A DNA stretch of 64,000 nt from NCBI RefSeq assembly GCF_008831285.2, contig NC_045138.2, positions 2,294,001 through 2,358,000 of the forward strand, given 5' to 3'. Shown here piece by piece: positions 12,490 to 27,647 of the stretch. The notes beneath the pieces were generated by a model. It saw nothing but the letters and a program-made list of their open reading frames with translations. It searched no databases and was not told the DNA's origin. Positions within the stretch are counted from its first letter, which is position 1, and each line of letters opens with the position of its first letter. This stretch comes from Nymphaea colorata (lineage: Eukaryota). The position numbers and the translations under genes are program-made.

Positions 12490-14609
12490 TTTAGACGACC
12501 AAAAAACGTTCTCCACAAAACTTTAATATAAAATACAATTTCAAACCGATCAATTCTTGCACTACACATGGTAAAACCGACATCTCATAATGTATCATCA
12601 GGTTTCAGCATAACGGGCAACAAATCAACTAACACTGTGTTTGGTTGGAGGGAAAGGAAGAGACGGAAAGGGAGGGAAAGGAAAGCAAAGGAAAGAGAAA
12701 GGGAAGGGAAAAGAATGGAATGGAAAGGAAAAGAAAGAGGTGATTAAAAAGGTTGTTTGGATAGAAAGGAAAGGAAAGGAAAGAAAAAACTAAAATCTTC
12801 TTTCATTTTTTCTTCTAGACGTGGGACCTCATGGGTATTATGGGCAAAAAAAACTCTTCATCTTCCTTTCCTTTCCTTTCCCTCTTAATCCGTCCGATTT
12901 GAGAGGGATTGGGTTTACAATAATCTATCCTTTCCTTTCCCTCCCTTTCCTTTCCCTCCCGTTGCAGCCAAACATACTTTGTCCTTTTCCCTCCCTTTCC
13001 CTCCTTTTCCCTCCAACCAAACAGGCCGTAAAATTTCAAAAAAATATCCCAAGTTTCCATCCGGCAATGACAAGCCAGAAACCACGCCACTGAAACGCGC
13101 TGCTCCACAAGAACAGAAAGCCCAAGAAATCACAATTTTGGCCATATAACACCACCACAGCCATCAGGAAAGATGGCCTAAATGATCAACAAGACTCCCG
13201 AAGATCATCAATTTTCAACAATAGAACCGGTTAACATCAGCCCAGCAAAAAGGACAATATTTTATTCTTTTTCCACACAAAACACCCCAATCAAATTCCT
13301 TCATCAAAACTCAAAACGCCAGCGGAGACCACGAACAAGAAAGGAAGAAAGAAAACAATTTCAAACAAAAGGGATTCCATTAGATAAAATCCAGTCCACG
13401 GTTTATTCGTCATTGCTCTCTCTCTCTCTCTCTCTTCTCTCCAATTATGGACAAGTTTACGTGTTGCCTTTTGTTTTCTAGGGTCCGTTTATATGCCTCA
13501 AGGGGCATCTAGTGCAATCAAGCGGAAAGGTCCAAAGGGTTTGAAGTAATAATCTCATGGTTCCAGTGCATTAATAATTTTCTGGGCTGCAAATGTGGCG
13601 AGCATGACATTCGAATTAAACAGTGTGTCGTAGGTCTACTCATGTTTTAAAGCAAGTCAGAACCTTAGAGATATAAGAGTATAAACTTGAGAATTTTATG
13701 CCAAAAGCAGTTTCCCCTAAATAGACAATAAGATCCCCTAAATATCATCTCCTTGTCGTCTTGCTCCATGAACTTGAGATAATATTTAGGGGATCTTATT
13801 GTCTATTTAGGGGAAACTGCTTTTGGCATAAAATTCTCAAGTTTATACTCTTATACCTCTAAGGTTCTGACTTGCTTTAAAACATGAGCGGACCTACGAC
13901 ACACTGTTTAATTCGAATGTCATGCTCGCCACATTTGCAGCCCAGAAAATTATTAATGCACTGGAACCATGAGATTATTACTTCAAACCCTTTGGACCTT
14001 TCTGCTTGATTGCACTAGATGCCCCTTGAGGCATATAAACGGACCCTAGAAAACAAAAGGCAACACGTAAACTTGTCCATAATTGGAGAGAAGAGAGGGA
14101 GAGAGAGAGAGCAATGGCGAATAAACCGTGGACTGGATTTTATCTAAAGGAATCCCTTTTGTTTGAAATTGTTTTCTTTCTTCCTTTCTTCTTCGTGGTC
14201 TCCGCTGGCGTTTTGAGTTTTGATGGGGGAATTTGATTGGGGCGTTTTGTGCGGAAAAAGAATAAAATATTGTCTTTTTTCCTGGGCTGATGTTAACCGG
14301 TTCTATTGTTGAAAATTGATAATCTTCGGGAGTCTTGTTGATCATTTCGGCCGTCTTTCCTGATGGCTGTGGTGGTGTTATATGGCCAAAATTGTGATTT
14401 CTTGGGCTTTCTGTTCTTGTGGAGCGGCGCGTTCCAGTGGCGTGGTTTCTGGCTTGTCGTTGCCGGATGGAAACCTTTGGGTTATTTTTTTGAAATTTTA
14501 GTTGATTTGTTGCCCGTTATGCTGAAACCTGATGATACATTATGAGATGTCGGTTTGAAATTGTTTTTTATATTAAAGTTTTGTGGAGAACGTTTTTTGG
14601 TCGTCTAAA
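12490..14609. repeat. Long near-perfect inverted repeat (arms 12490-13751 and 13776-14609, 24-nt spacer)
   Basis: The arms are reverse complements with only a few percent mismatch by eye. Mirror ORFs 13182..13481(+) and 14046..14345(-) are nearly identical. The left arm carries an extra MITE and a 30-bp insertion. Confidence 0.97.
12633..13028. mobile_element. Tourist-like (PIF/Harbinger) MITE
   Basis: TIR tgtttggttggaggg/ccctccaaccaaaca with TAA TSD (12630-12632, 13029-13031). The empty site caactaaaatttc is preserved in the opposite palindrome arm. Confidence 0.9.
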
Positions 14610-15251
14610 AGTCTGAATTTGTGATCCAAATCCTGTTTGGCTACAATTGGAAAGCCCTGATCATCCTTATTTGGCTTTCCGAAGGTGGCCAGTATTTTGG
14701 TTTATAAGATTTTGGACGTCTGTTTTACCCACTAAAAAGCTGGCTTTTGGAGCTTATTATAATGTAACACAAACTCGAACAAATAAATTCGAAATTGTCT
14801 AACAACTATCACTAAAGGCATCATAAATCTTTGATAAAAGCACCAAAAATGTCCGAACATGGTATTAACCAGAGACTTCTAATGTTGGAGTCTGAATTTA
14901 ACGTGATTGATTGGTTGGAATATAAATTCATGAAAATATATGAGATTTCCCTAGTGGTAGAATGATGGATATTAAAGGCGTTTTTTTTTCACTCGTTGAA
15001 AAAGTAGGAAAATGAAGGCAACTGGATGTGTTCCCGGTCAAGAGCGTCAATCTCTTATGCTACAAAAAGGAAGTCGCTGATGTGTAAGTTGAAGCACAAC
15101 TGAAGTGGCGAAACACTCTCAGGTATCGAATGTAGACAATATTACTTAGAGAGAGAGATCATTGGTGGCTATTTCCCACTCACCCAGATGCAGCGTAGCA
15201 CTAGATAAAATGTCCAAGAGGGTTTTTTTTTGTTTAACCACCAAATGATTG

Positions 15252-17810
<2,559 letters not shown>

Positions 17811-18329
17811 ACCTTGCTGCCGAGGCGCTATCGCTACCCAAGATCACGCTCAACAGGATGAATCGATTTCAATTTTGTGATCTGTCACTGCTTCTCCTTC
17901 TATTGCAGGAACAAGGGAGGCGGATGTTCGTTGGTCGGTAGATGGTCCTGCTGCTACTTTAGAAGTATAACACCAGATCTATTGGCGTGCTCCTATGCTG
18001 CAGCCTTCCAGTGAGATGAAACCGGCCTCTAACCTCCCTTTGTGGTTAAGGAAAGTTGCACCGTTGATCACCTAGCTTACTGGTCGGGGAAACGTCATGG
18101 CTTGGAGAACATGGAGAGGCCATCGGCAGCAATGTCCGTCTTCTTCAAATCGTCATCCAATCGGCCATGGAAAGGGTGACTTTAGGAGAAGAAGAGAGAT
18201 CAGAAATAGAGGAGGCCGCTGGCTGTAGGTAGAAATTCGGCCACACTGGTTGAGGTCAGACTAGAATCCGGCCACCACCATTGACAAAGCTCGGGAGGAA
18301 AAGAGGAGAGAGAAAGCGATGCCCAAGTG

Positions 18330-18555
18330 GAATCAAATCTTCATTCAAGCGTAATCCAAAAAAACCTAATTACAAGGCTATATACATGTGAAGCGTCTCG
18401 GTTCACTTAGCTCTTAACCCGAGACGGTACAAAGAACTTAAAGTAAAACGATTCTAACGCGTCTCAAATCGAGACGGTACAAAAGAGTAAATAAACATAA
18501 GCAAAAAGGGCACTGGAATGGATCTGGTTGCGCCCTCTCTCTCTAGATCCGGACC
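18330..18555 (-). mobile_element. Probable LTR fragment
   Basis: Minus strand begins TGTGAGACAGGG and contains tatatagcc, ttgtaatt and a short internal repeat (cgagacggtacaaa x2). No partner LTR was found. Confidence 0.4.
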
Positions 18556-18559
18556 CTGT

Positions 18560-19590
18560 CTCACATTTTTCGACCTCAGCTGCTCCGCCCGCTCCTCCCA
18601 CTGCAGCCATATAAATAATGCCCAAGGGTTCTATAAGTATCGAACTCTGAACCATGCCAAGGTGTCGTGTGGTCTAACTCACTCGCGTGCACTTGGCCCT
18701 ATGCACATAGGTGCTAGTGTCAGACCTTGTAGGTCACTCCTTGGGCTTGTGCCCATCCTCGGCCGCACGCAATGCTGCGGCCTGCTTCTCTCGACGCTCC
18801 CCGCCGAGGCTAACCTCACAAGTCAACAAGGACATAAGCCTGTCGGGTGGTAATCGGAGTGCCCAGCTGCTACTCACGCTGTTGGTCGGCTCCGCTCTAG
18901 CACTCTCGGCCAAGCCTTCGACCGTCCTCGATGGTGCCAAAATTAGGCACGTATCAGATCCACCCTCCCTAGACCGAGCTTGACCCCAAGCTCGTATGAG
19001 GTTATCTTTTTGGATAATCTGACTATGCCCATGTTGTGATCCCATGCTGCTGTGTTTTGGCCCTCCCTTCGAAGGCGTTGGAACAGGTTCCTTCTTTGTA
19101 CAGTCTGGAATCTCTTCGACCTGCTCTCCTTGGTCACTTATCGAACTCATGACTATCTCCTGCGTTGCTGCCCTTTGTATACTGTTCATCAAACTCTCTG
19201 AAGTACCACTACCACCCTTCTTAAGCTCAACCATACACTGAGGAGTGAAGGACCATGGTAACAATGGCCCTCTCATAGCGACATCAGCTTGCTTCCCTTT
19301 TGCTTGCAGCCCATCGATGGCCTCAATGATTTTCTCACCAAGCTGTTGCATTGCTTGTGCCTCCGGTCTTTCCACATACGGCTCTTGGTGCTTGCTGTCA
19401 TGGCCTCCTTTTTGCTCGTGGTCATGATCTCCATCTTCTTGGTCTGGAGATGAGGGAGTTTCCTCTAGCAGTAAGCTCCGACTTGAGTTCCCAACTTGGA
19501 GAACCTCACCCGGATAGATCCTCACCGTTTGCTGGGGTCCTATGCTATACCTTGCCACACTTACTTTAACAGTCAGCGTCACATTGGTCA
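18560..19590 (-). mobile_element. Transposon-derived low-complexity ORF fragment, possibly the C-terminus of LINE ORF1
   Basis: About 290 open codons (18734..19618), S/E/G/Q-rich and intronless, truncated against copia gag. No diagnostic motif recognised. Confidence 0.3.
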
Positions 19591-22500
19591 CCCTACAGTT
19601 ACTGCAAGAACAATACAATTTCTATATGATGAAAAAGTCAGACAATGTAATGGACCATGTTAATAAGATGTTGATCATGGCTAAAGATTTAGTCGTGGTA
19701 GGGAATGTCATATCTGACAATATGCAGATCAGCACAATCCTGAACAGCCTACCTCCTTCTTTGGATATGGCAGTTACTGCTTTGAGTGTTCAATTTGATA
19801 CTCTTACTTTAGAAAAGCTTCCTATACAGTTAGCTCTACAGCAACAACGTCTGACCAAGAGAAATAGAATAGAATTGATGACAGTCCAGGAAAAACCTGC
19901 TAGTAGTCATGTGCTTGTAAAACCAAAACAATTTAAAAATCAAAACGATGGCAAGTTCAAGGGCAATTATGCAGGTACTAAGAAATCTCAAGGAACTGTA
20001 GTGAAATGCTACAGATGCGGAAAGCCTGGACATATAAAGAAGAACTGCAGGACAAAATTCCCGAGTAAGAAAGACAACAATGGTCAGGGCAACTACAACG
20101 AAAGGAAGCCTCAAGGGGACTCTGACAGAGAAGTCATCTGTGTCGTGTCAGAATGTCTGTTTGCAGATGGAGATCTAACTGGATGGTGGGTCGATTCGGG
20201 AGCTACTCATCACATTGCAAAGACAAAAGAAGGAGTGATCCACATGGAAAATCTGAGTCCGGGAACCCACAAGATCTATATGGGAAACAACTCTTATTGT
20301 GATGTCATGGGAATTGGGGCATATCGTCTAAATGTTGGGGGTACAAGTGTTGTACTTAACGAGGTTTTGTATGTCCCTTCCATGAGGAGGAATCTAGTGT
20401 CTGTTCTCGCACTGACAGGAAAAGGTTTTGAAGTACGTTTTATTCCAGGGAAAGTAACAGTGGGAAAACATGGAAGGTTCATGTTTGGTGGAAAATTTGT
20501 AAAAGAACATGGTATGTTCAAACTGAATGATATGAATGAAGCTTCAAATTCTGCTTATTTCAATTGTGCAATGAGTGTGAACGTAAACTTATGGCATGAA
20601 AGATTAAGCCATATAAGCATCAAAAAGATGCAGACTTTAGCACAACATGGTTTAATACATGATATAAATATAAATGATTTTGCGAAATGCGAGTCATGTG
20701 TATACGGAAAAATGACAAGGAAACCATTTCCGTCTGAAGTAATTCAGGCCACTGAATTATTAGAGATAATTCATACTGATATCTGTGGACCTTTCAGGAT
20801 CCAAACTCATAGCGGCAAGTTATATTTCATAACATTTATTGACGACTTCTCAAGATTTGGTTACATATACTTAATCAGATATAAATCAGAAGAGCTTGAG
20901 AAATTCAATGAATACAAATCTGAAGTCGAGAGACAACTTGGAAGATCAAAATCATAAGGTCTGATCGAGGAGGAGAATACACTTCTAGTGAATTCCTCGA
21001 ATACTGCAAAGACTTTGGAATTAATAGGCAAAAGACAATGCCTAGGACACCACAACAAAATGGTGTGGCTGAGAGGTGTAACAGAACCCTCTTGAACATG
21101 GTGAGATCCATGTTGGCAGGAGCACAATTACCAAAAGTTTTTTGGGGAGAAGCTGTGTTAACAGCTATATATACAATAAACCGAGTGCCCTGCAAAGCAG
21201 TCCCAACCACTCCTTATGAAAGATGGACTGGTGTAAAACCAGATCTGAGATATTTAAGGAGATGGGGATCTGTAGCACACGTGAAAATTCTAAATCCAAA
21301 ACTGGATAAGCTAGATAACAGATCAGTGAGATGTATATTTATTGGATACCCAAAAGGATATAAGGGCTACAGATTATATCATTCATCTATGGGACTTATA
21401 GAAAGCAAAGATGTAGAGTTCATAGAAGAACTCAATAATAAAGATTATGATCCAGTGGAATATCGAAATGACACACTGGATGATCTGATTTATTCAGATG
21501 AACAGTCTGGTAATGAACCGACTGGAGGTCAGTTTGGCATTGAACCAACTGAGCAGGAATCGTCTGAAGAACAGTCAAGAAATGAACCGACTGAAGATCA
21601 GTTAAGCAATGAACCAACTTATATGAATACCTCGTCATCTCAGACGTTATCAGGTCACAAAAGACCTAGAGCTCCTCCTTCATATTTGAATGATTATTAT
21701 GTATATCTGAGAGAGGAGCTATGCTATTTAGCAGATATTGACAAAATGTCTGACAATCTGACATATGATGAAGCCATTAGCTCGCATGAATCATCGGATT
21801 GGGTGAATGCTATGGATGAAAAAATTAAATCCATAGAAAAGAATAAAGTCTGGGAATTAGTAGATCTTCCTAATGACAGAAAACCCACTGGATGTAAATG
21901 GGTACTAAGGAAGAAGTATAAAGCTAACGGATCAGTGAAAAAATTCAAAGCCAGACTGGTAGCGAAAGGTTTTTCCCAAAAGGAAGGAATTGATTACTTA
22001 GAGACTTATTCGCCGGTTGCAAAGTTTGCATCAATCAGAATAATTTTGGCCATCACGGCATTCTATGACTTTGATATTTGTCAGATGGATGTAAAGACTG
22101 CTTTTGTGAATGGTGAGTTGAAGGAAACTATATATATATGACTCAACCACAGGGATATGTCATCAAGGAAAAAGAAGACAAAGTGTATAAGTTGAATAAA
22201 TAATTGTATGGACTGAAACAGTCCCCTAGACAGTGGTATTTTGTTTTTCACAAAGCAATTACAAAACTTGGGTTTGTTGCAAACCAACTAGACCACTGTG
22301 TGTATATTTGGAAAAGTAGGAGCCTTTTCTGTATTCTATCATTATATGTTGATGACATATTACTAACAGGAAATGATAACAACATGATTGTAAAAACGAA
22401 GACTTGGCTGAACAAAAACTTCGAAATAATGGACTTGGGTGAAGCATCATATATATTAGGAATAAAAATCACTCGAGATAGAAACTCAAGAATCATGAGT

Positions 22501-23923
22501 TTAAGCCAGGAACGATATATTGGTTATATCTTGAAAAAATTTCGTATGTTAGACTGCAAACCAATTGGGACTCCTATAGCTAAAGGAGCAAACTTAAGCA
22601 GGAGTGATTGTTTCGGTGAAGGACAACAAAAATTATATGTTCCATATGCACAAGCAGTTGGCAGTCTAATGTATTTAATGCTTTGTACCAGACCAGACAT
22701 AAGCTTTCCCATCGTTCTGGTAAGTCGTTATCAAAGTAATCTTGGATGGCCTCATTGGCAAGCAGTCAAAAAAAAATTTCGGTATATTAAAGGAACAAAA
22801 GGACTGAAATTGTCTTATCAAGCAGATGAGCTAACTTTAGTTGGCTATTCTAATGCAGATTTTGCAGGCTGCAAAGATGATAGTAAATCCACTTCAGGGT
22901 ATGTTTTTCTCTTTGGAGGTGGGGCGATAGCCTGGTCCTGTAAGAAACAGGGATGTGTTGCTCAGCACACACAGGAAGCAGAGTATATTGCTTGTAATGT
23001 TGCAACTACCTTTGCTGTCTGGATAAACCGGTTCTTGAAAGAATTGAAATTAAATCTTGATCATGAACCTGTTCAACTGTACTGTGATAATCAGGCAGCT
23101 ATATCTCTTATGAAGAATGGAGCTGTTAGCTCAAAAAGTAAACATATAATTGTGAAATACCATTATGTTCATGAAATGATCGAGAAAAATGAAATATCGG
23201 TTGATTACTTGCCTACCAATGATATGGTGGTTGATCCCTTAACCAAGGAAATATCCGAAGACTTGTTTTCAAAACATGTAGCTCATATGGGGCTAAGATA
23301 TATTTGAAAAGTTGCGAAGAAAAAACCATTGAATGGAAAACCTCGTTGTAAACCTTGAAAAAAGGTTTAGGTTGCGTTGGAAAAGCCAATTAAGGAAAAC
23401 CATGTAACAAATTTGAAAGGATTGCGAAAGAAAAACCATTGAATGGAAATCCTCGTTGTAAACCTTGAAAAAGGTTAGGTTGCGTTGGAAAAATTCAACT
23501 ATGGAAAACCACGTAACAAATTAGATAAAGAAAACCCACATATAGTGGAAGCAAACTGGCGGTCTCATGGCCAAGTGGGAGATGTTGGATAGTGGCCATT
23601 GAGCCCTATCCGAATATCTTGTAACTGCAAGGCAGTTACGAGATCAACCCAATAATCTCGCTCAAGATAAAGGTAAAGCCCTTCCTAAAATCTCTCACAC
23701 TAACCGTAGCTGGGATTTGGGGAAAACCTAAGGGGCTGGACTATATAAACCCAGCAATATGTCGTGTTAAAAGATCTCTAGTAGATTATGCGTGAGGAGC
23801 CCCTTAGAAGGAAACCCCTTAATCAAATTCTTCTTCTTCTCTTTTTCTTGTCTTGCTGCTTTCTACAGAGGCGACCGTTCGTGGCTGCAGCACTTGGGTG
23901 TGGACGATCTTCCGCTGCCTTCA
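19590..23923 (+). mobile_element. 5'-truncated Ty1/copia retrotransposon with 3' LTR (23583-23923); pol broken by two frameshifts
   Basis: Zinc knuckle CYRCGKPGHIKKNC, protease WWVDSGATHH, LWHERLSH, integrase IIHTDICGP / TPQQNGVAERCNRTL, RT QMDVKTAF / LYVDDILL, RNaseH ADFAG / YCDNQAA. Frameshifts near 20948 and 22135. A ~110-bp tandem repeat lies at 23310-23525. PPT ccaagtgggaga is followed by TGTTGG...TTCA. Confidence 0.93.
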
Positions 23924-25191
23924 CCTATATCTTAGGAAGGAGCTTATAGTTTTGATCATCATCCGATATCTTAGGAAGAAGCCGATCTTTCTGATTTGGT
24001 TTTATCTTTTCCTCAACATGCCCCCACGAGGCAACATTTGTGTGAATAAGGTTGAGCTTGTTCTTGAGATCATGAAACCTTGGTCCGGCCAGTGCCTTAG
24101 TTAGAATATTTGCATGTTGTTCTTCAGATTTAACGAACTCAATTTTAATATCTCTTGCTGCCATTTTTCTCTAACAAAGTGAAAATCGATTTCGATATGT
24201 TTGGCACGGGCATAAAACACAGAATTGGCTGCAAGGTATGTTGCACCTAGATTATCACATTTTAGTGTTGAAACCTCTTGTATAGGAACTTGGTGATCTT
24301 TAAAAAGATGTTGCAGTCATATTAATTCAACCGCAGCTCCAGCCATTGCTTTATATTCGGCTTCAGTGCTTGAACGAGCAACAATATGCTGTCATATAAA
24401 AATTTAACATGATTCAAATAATCAGCCATCATCATGTCTCCATTCTTCACATTCTGTAAATCTCTTTTTAACTGAATGATTCTCAAGTTAGATTGGGAGG
24501 CGTATTGCTGTTCTAGAGCACACCAAGCCTAATGAGCAGTGGAATATGAATGTAACTATGGTAAAATATGTTCAAACACTGTAACCTTAACCCAGCTTTA
24601 AGCTAATTGGTCTGCCCGTTCCCATGATTCAAAATCAGGACATACTATGGCTTGATCAGTGTCAAGATACTCAGGAGGAGCAGTAATTGCGCCAATAACA
24701 TACCTCAGCAGCCCTTGTCTCTTTGTAACGCTGTTGATTTGGGAGCACCATAGTAGATAATTTGTCTAATCTAATTTGATGGATACCAAACTGAAAAATG
24801 TGTTCCATTGAGTAGTTGAAGGTGCAGCAGGGCTAAGACTGACTGTTGTTGAAGATGACGAGTTGGATGTTGCCATGGAACGAGGAATAAGAGGTGGAGC
24901 TGATACCATGTAAAAGAAAGAGAGAAGAGGAAAAGATTTCACGTGGTTTCAGCCTTTGATATTGGCTTACATCCACGATGAAGGCATGCTCTCTAATTCT
25001 CACTCTCGGTGATAGTAGAGCTTTCTCTATTTAATTGAGAATGATTACAAATCAGATCCCCAATTTTAGGAACTTGTTTACAGTTATCATCATCATTTGA
25101 TATCATAGGAAGGAGCTTACAGTTTTGATCATCATCTGATATCTTAGGAAGCAGCCGATCTTTCTGATTTGGTTTTGTCTTTTCCTCAACA
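23924..25191 (-). mobile_element. Internally deleted Ty1/copia (Ale-like) element; 5' LTR 24909-25191, interrupted 3' LTR 23924-24018
   Basis: Two copies of the LTR end (...tttcctcaaca at 24018 and 25191). PBS tggtatcagctc (tRNA-Met type) and PPT gtgggggca are present. The gag start MATSNSSSSTT..IKLD.TNYLLW is joined almost directly to the RNaseH end ARSSTEAEYKAMA..CDNLGA..KHIEIDFHFVRE. Confidence 0.87.
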
Positions 25192-26121
25192 GTTTCATGA
25201 GGTGGCACCACCTTTCTCATGCTTTGGTCTGGAGCACCGCAGCCCATGCTGACTGGTGTGTGTATATGCGGAAAGTGGTAAAGGTCTTATGAATATTTAC
25301 TATCCAGCGGGAGAAAACTACTGGGTAGGAGACTACTATAATTTATTCTATTGTAGAGGGAGAGGGAGGAGAAGAGATAAAAACAAACACATCTTTGTCT
25401 TGTCAATCTACCATCTAAAGTGAGCAAATTCTTCACTTATCAGAGCAACCAAAAGACCAGTGTGATAATGCGGTCAACAGAAGCAAATGCTATCAAATTA
25501 CAACAACCACCAACATGGTGGTTGTTGTAATTTCGTTACATTTGCTTCTCTTGACCACACTGTTGAGCTGGTCTTTTGGTTTTTTTAATTGCTCCTTTGT
25601 GCAATTAACCAAACGTCAGCCCATGCCCGCCCCTTCCTTCCTGTTGGATAGGCGAAGAAAAAAAATTTTATGTAGATGATAGTCGATTGGCAAGACAGGG
25701 CCTCTCTCCCTCCCTCTCCCTATATGGTAGAAGAAATTATGGCTCTTACTTTCCTATATGGTAGATAGATAAGTGAAGATTTTTCTCCTGCTGGGTAGTG
25801 AAATAGGCAGGCACAAGACCTCTGCCTTTCTCTCTCACACTACATACAGGGGTGAAGCTAGAAATTTTTCAAGAAGAATGCCAAATTAAACTTTTTAAAT
25901 TTTGATAGAGATCAAAATATCATTTTTTAAAATTTTTATATAAGACAAGTGAAATTTTCAAAAAATTACATGTAAATTTAAAAGAAAAAATTGAGCGGGG
26001 GCCATGGCCCATGCGGCCCCCCCTTGGCTCCACCCCTGTACATAGGCACACCCACCAGCATGGTCAGCACTTCCTTCAGACTAGAGGGTGAGGACACCAG
26101 AGCAGCGCTGCCTCATGAAAC
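25192..26121. repeat. Old degenerate fold-back (inverted repeat) with a MITE in the right arm
   Basis: Paired blocks: gtttcatgagg/cctcatgaaac, catgctg/cagcatg, actatccagcgggagaaaa/ttttctcctgctgggtagt, gtcttgtcaatc/gattggcaagac, tcttcacttatc/gataagtgaaga. A hAT MITE lies at about 25847-26038. Confidence 0.75.
25447..25581. ncRNA. Pre-miRNA-like hairpin (candidate; no known family recognised)
   Basis: Three stacked helices (14 bp perfect, 18 bp with 1 mismatch, 18 bp perfect) closed by a 3-nt loop. Structure only; no expression evidence. Confidence 0.4.
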
Positions 26122-26759
26122 ATGCGTTGAAGTCCCACCACCTTTTCGCCACAACCTCAATCATAGGGCAAAAAATTCAAGCTTATATAGGACCTTGAGA
26201 AGGCTCATAGGCACACCATCCACAAGCCAGCCCTGCCTCTCCCTTCCATAGAGGCTGTTTAAAATATTTCTTGATTCTCTTTCACCCCTTGTTACAAGTA
26301 TTCATTATGATCACATACAATTTTTAACTCTGGATTGATTCCTAAGAGGCAGGCATTGGGCATTGACAAGAATCATGAACAGCAAAGGAAATTGCTATTA
26401 TATGCGTTGTAAAATTCTCAGTATATGAAAAATAGGGAAACATTTTCATGAAAAATATAAACCAAGTGGTTTTCATAGTGTACCATGCAAACACAAACGT
26501 TACAAAAATGTTACCCTTTCTGTGAATAAAAAAATAAAAAACAACGTCTTCCTTTTTCTTTTTGTCATTACGTTGCAAAGTAAGCAAATGCAACATATTT
26601 GCTTTGCTGCAGCCCATTGCTTACAAACTTAATTAACTGATGACTAGAAATATTTAAACATGTTGTACTGTAAGGAAAATGTAAAACAATCTTCTGTAGA
26701 GCTATCTTGGAAATAAAGAAGTTTGAATTTCTAGATAATTAAGGGTTACAGATAACTCA

Positions 26760-27295
26760 AGATCAAATATTGCTTCTTGTGAAAATAAGTTATTATTGTT
26801 TGACTATACATTCAATTGTTGGAATCATACTGTAAGAAACTCTACAACATATTTTCTTCAATAATCATATCCATCAAACTTAAATCAAACAAATGCGATT
26901 ATAAAAATGGGATGAGAATTACAGTTTACATGTGTAAATGACCCATAAATTATCCTCATAAGAGAATCAGTTCCATGTGGGGTGAAAACGATTTTAGCAA
27001 TTGAAAGCATTCCACAAAACCTGTTAACGTAACAAGATTCTGTACCATTGCATGTGTGAAAATTACATCAACTTGGAATTGCAGTAATTGTCAATTCTGC
27101 AACCCCAATCCTACTGTTGCTTGAAATGCAAAAAGGATAACAAGTAAATGAAAGAAAAAAAAGTAACAAAGTAAATGGTAACATTCATCAGCACAATTCA
27201 GAAGGCAACATGTTTGACAATGCAGTAACATGTCCAACTTGCTCCTTTCTCTTGAGTTTCAATAACCAATCTCTGCATATACCTGCAAAAGTATA
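26760..27295 (-). pseudogene. Diverged duplicate of the inhibitor-3 gene's terminal 3'UTR exon and downstream flank
   Basis: Collinear similarity to 40250-40822 (caaatattgcttctt.tgaaaataagtt; cagtaattgtca; gcacaattca; ccaatctctg...atacctgcaaa). The tttgcag acceptor is conserved at 27283. Confidence 0.6.
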
Positions 27296-27596
27296 AAAAT
27301 GATAACAAACCAATCTAGTGGTGAACACGTGCCGAGTCGGACTCAAGCTGATTTGTCAAAATAACAGTCTTTCTATGGCCCCATTGGTTTGCAAGGGTCA
27401 AACAACTGCGTTATAGTCCTAGAAAAGTTCAGGAAGTTGAGGTGAAACATATGCCAAAAGTAGTACCCATAGAAATTCAAAGTTATCATGTGCCTACAAG
27501 GTGGTAAAAGTGGCTTCATTTCTCAACATGCTGCTTGTTCATTCTTTAAACCATCAATATATCTTGATCGGGTTGGAAGACTATGTAAAAGACTGG

Positions 27597-27647
<51 letters not shown>

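Noticed and set aside
13182..14345. Two near-identical 99-aa ORFs on opposite strands
   Set aside because: They are mirror images created by the palindrome, run antisense to the promoter-like direction and have no recognisable domain.
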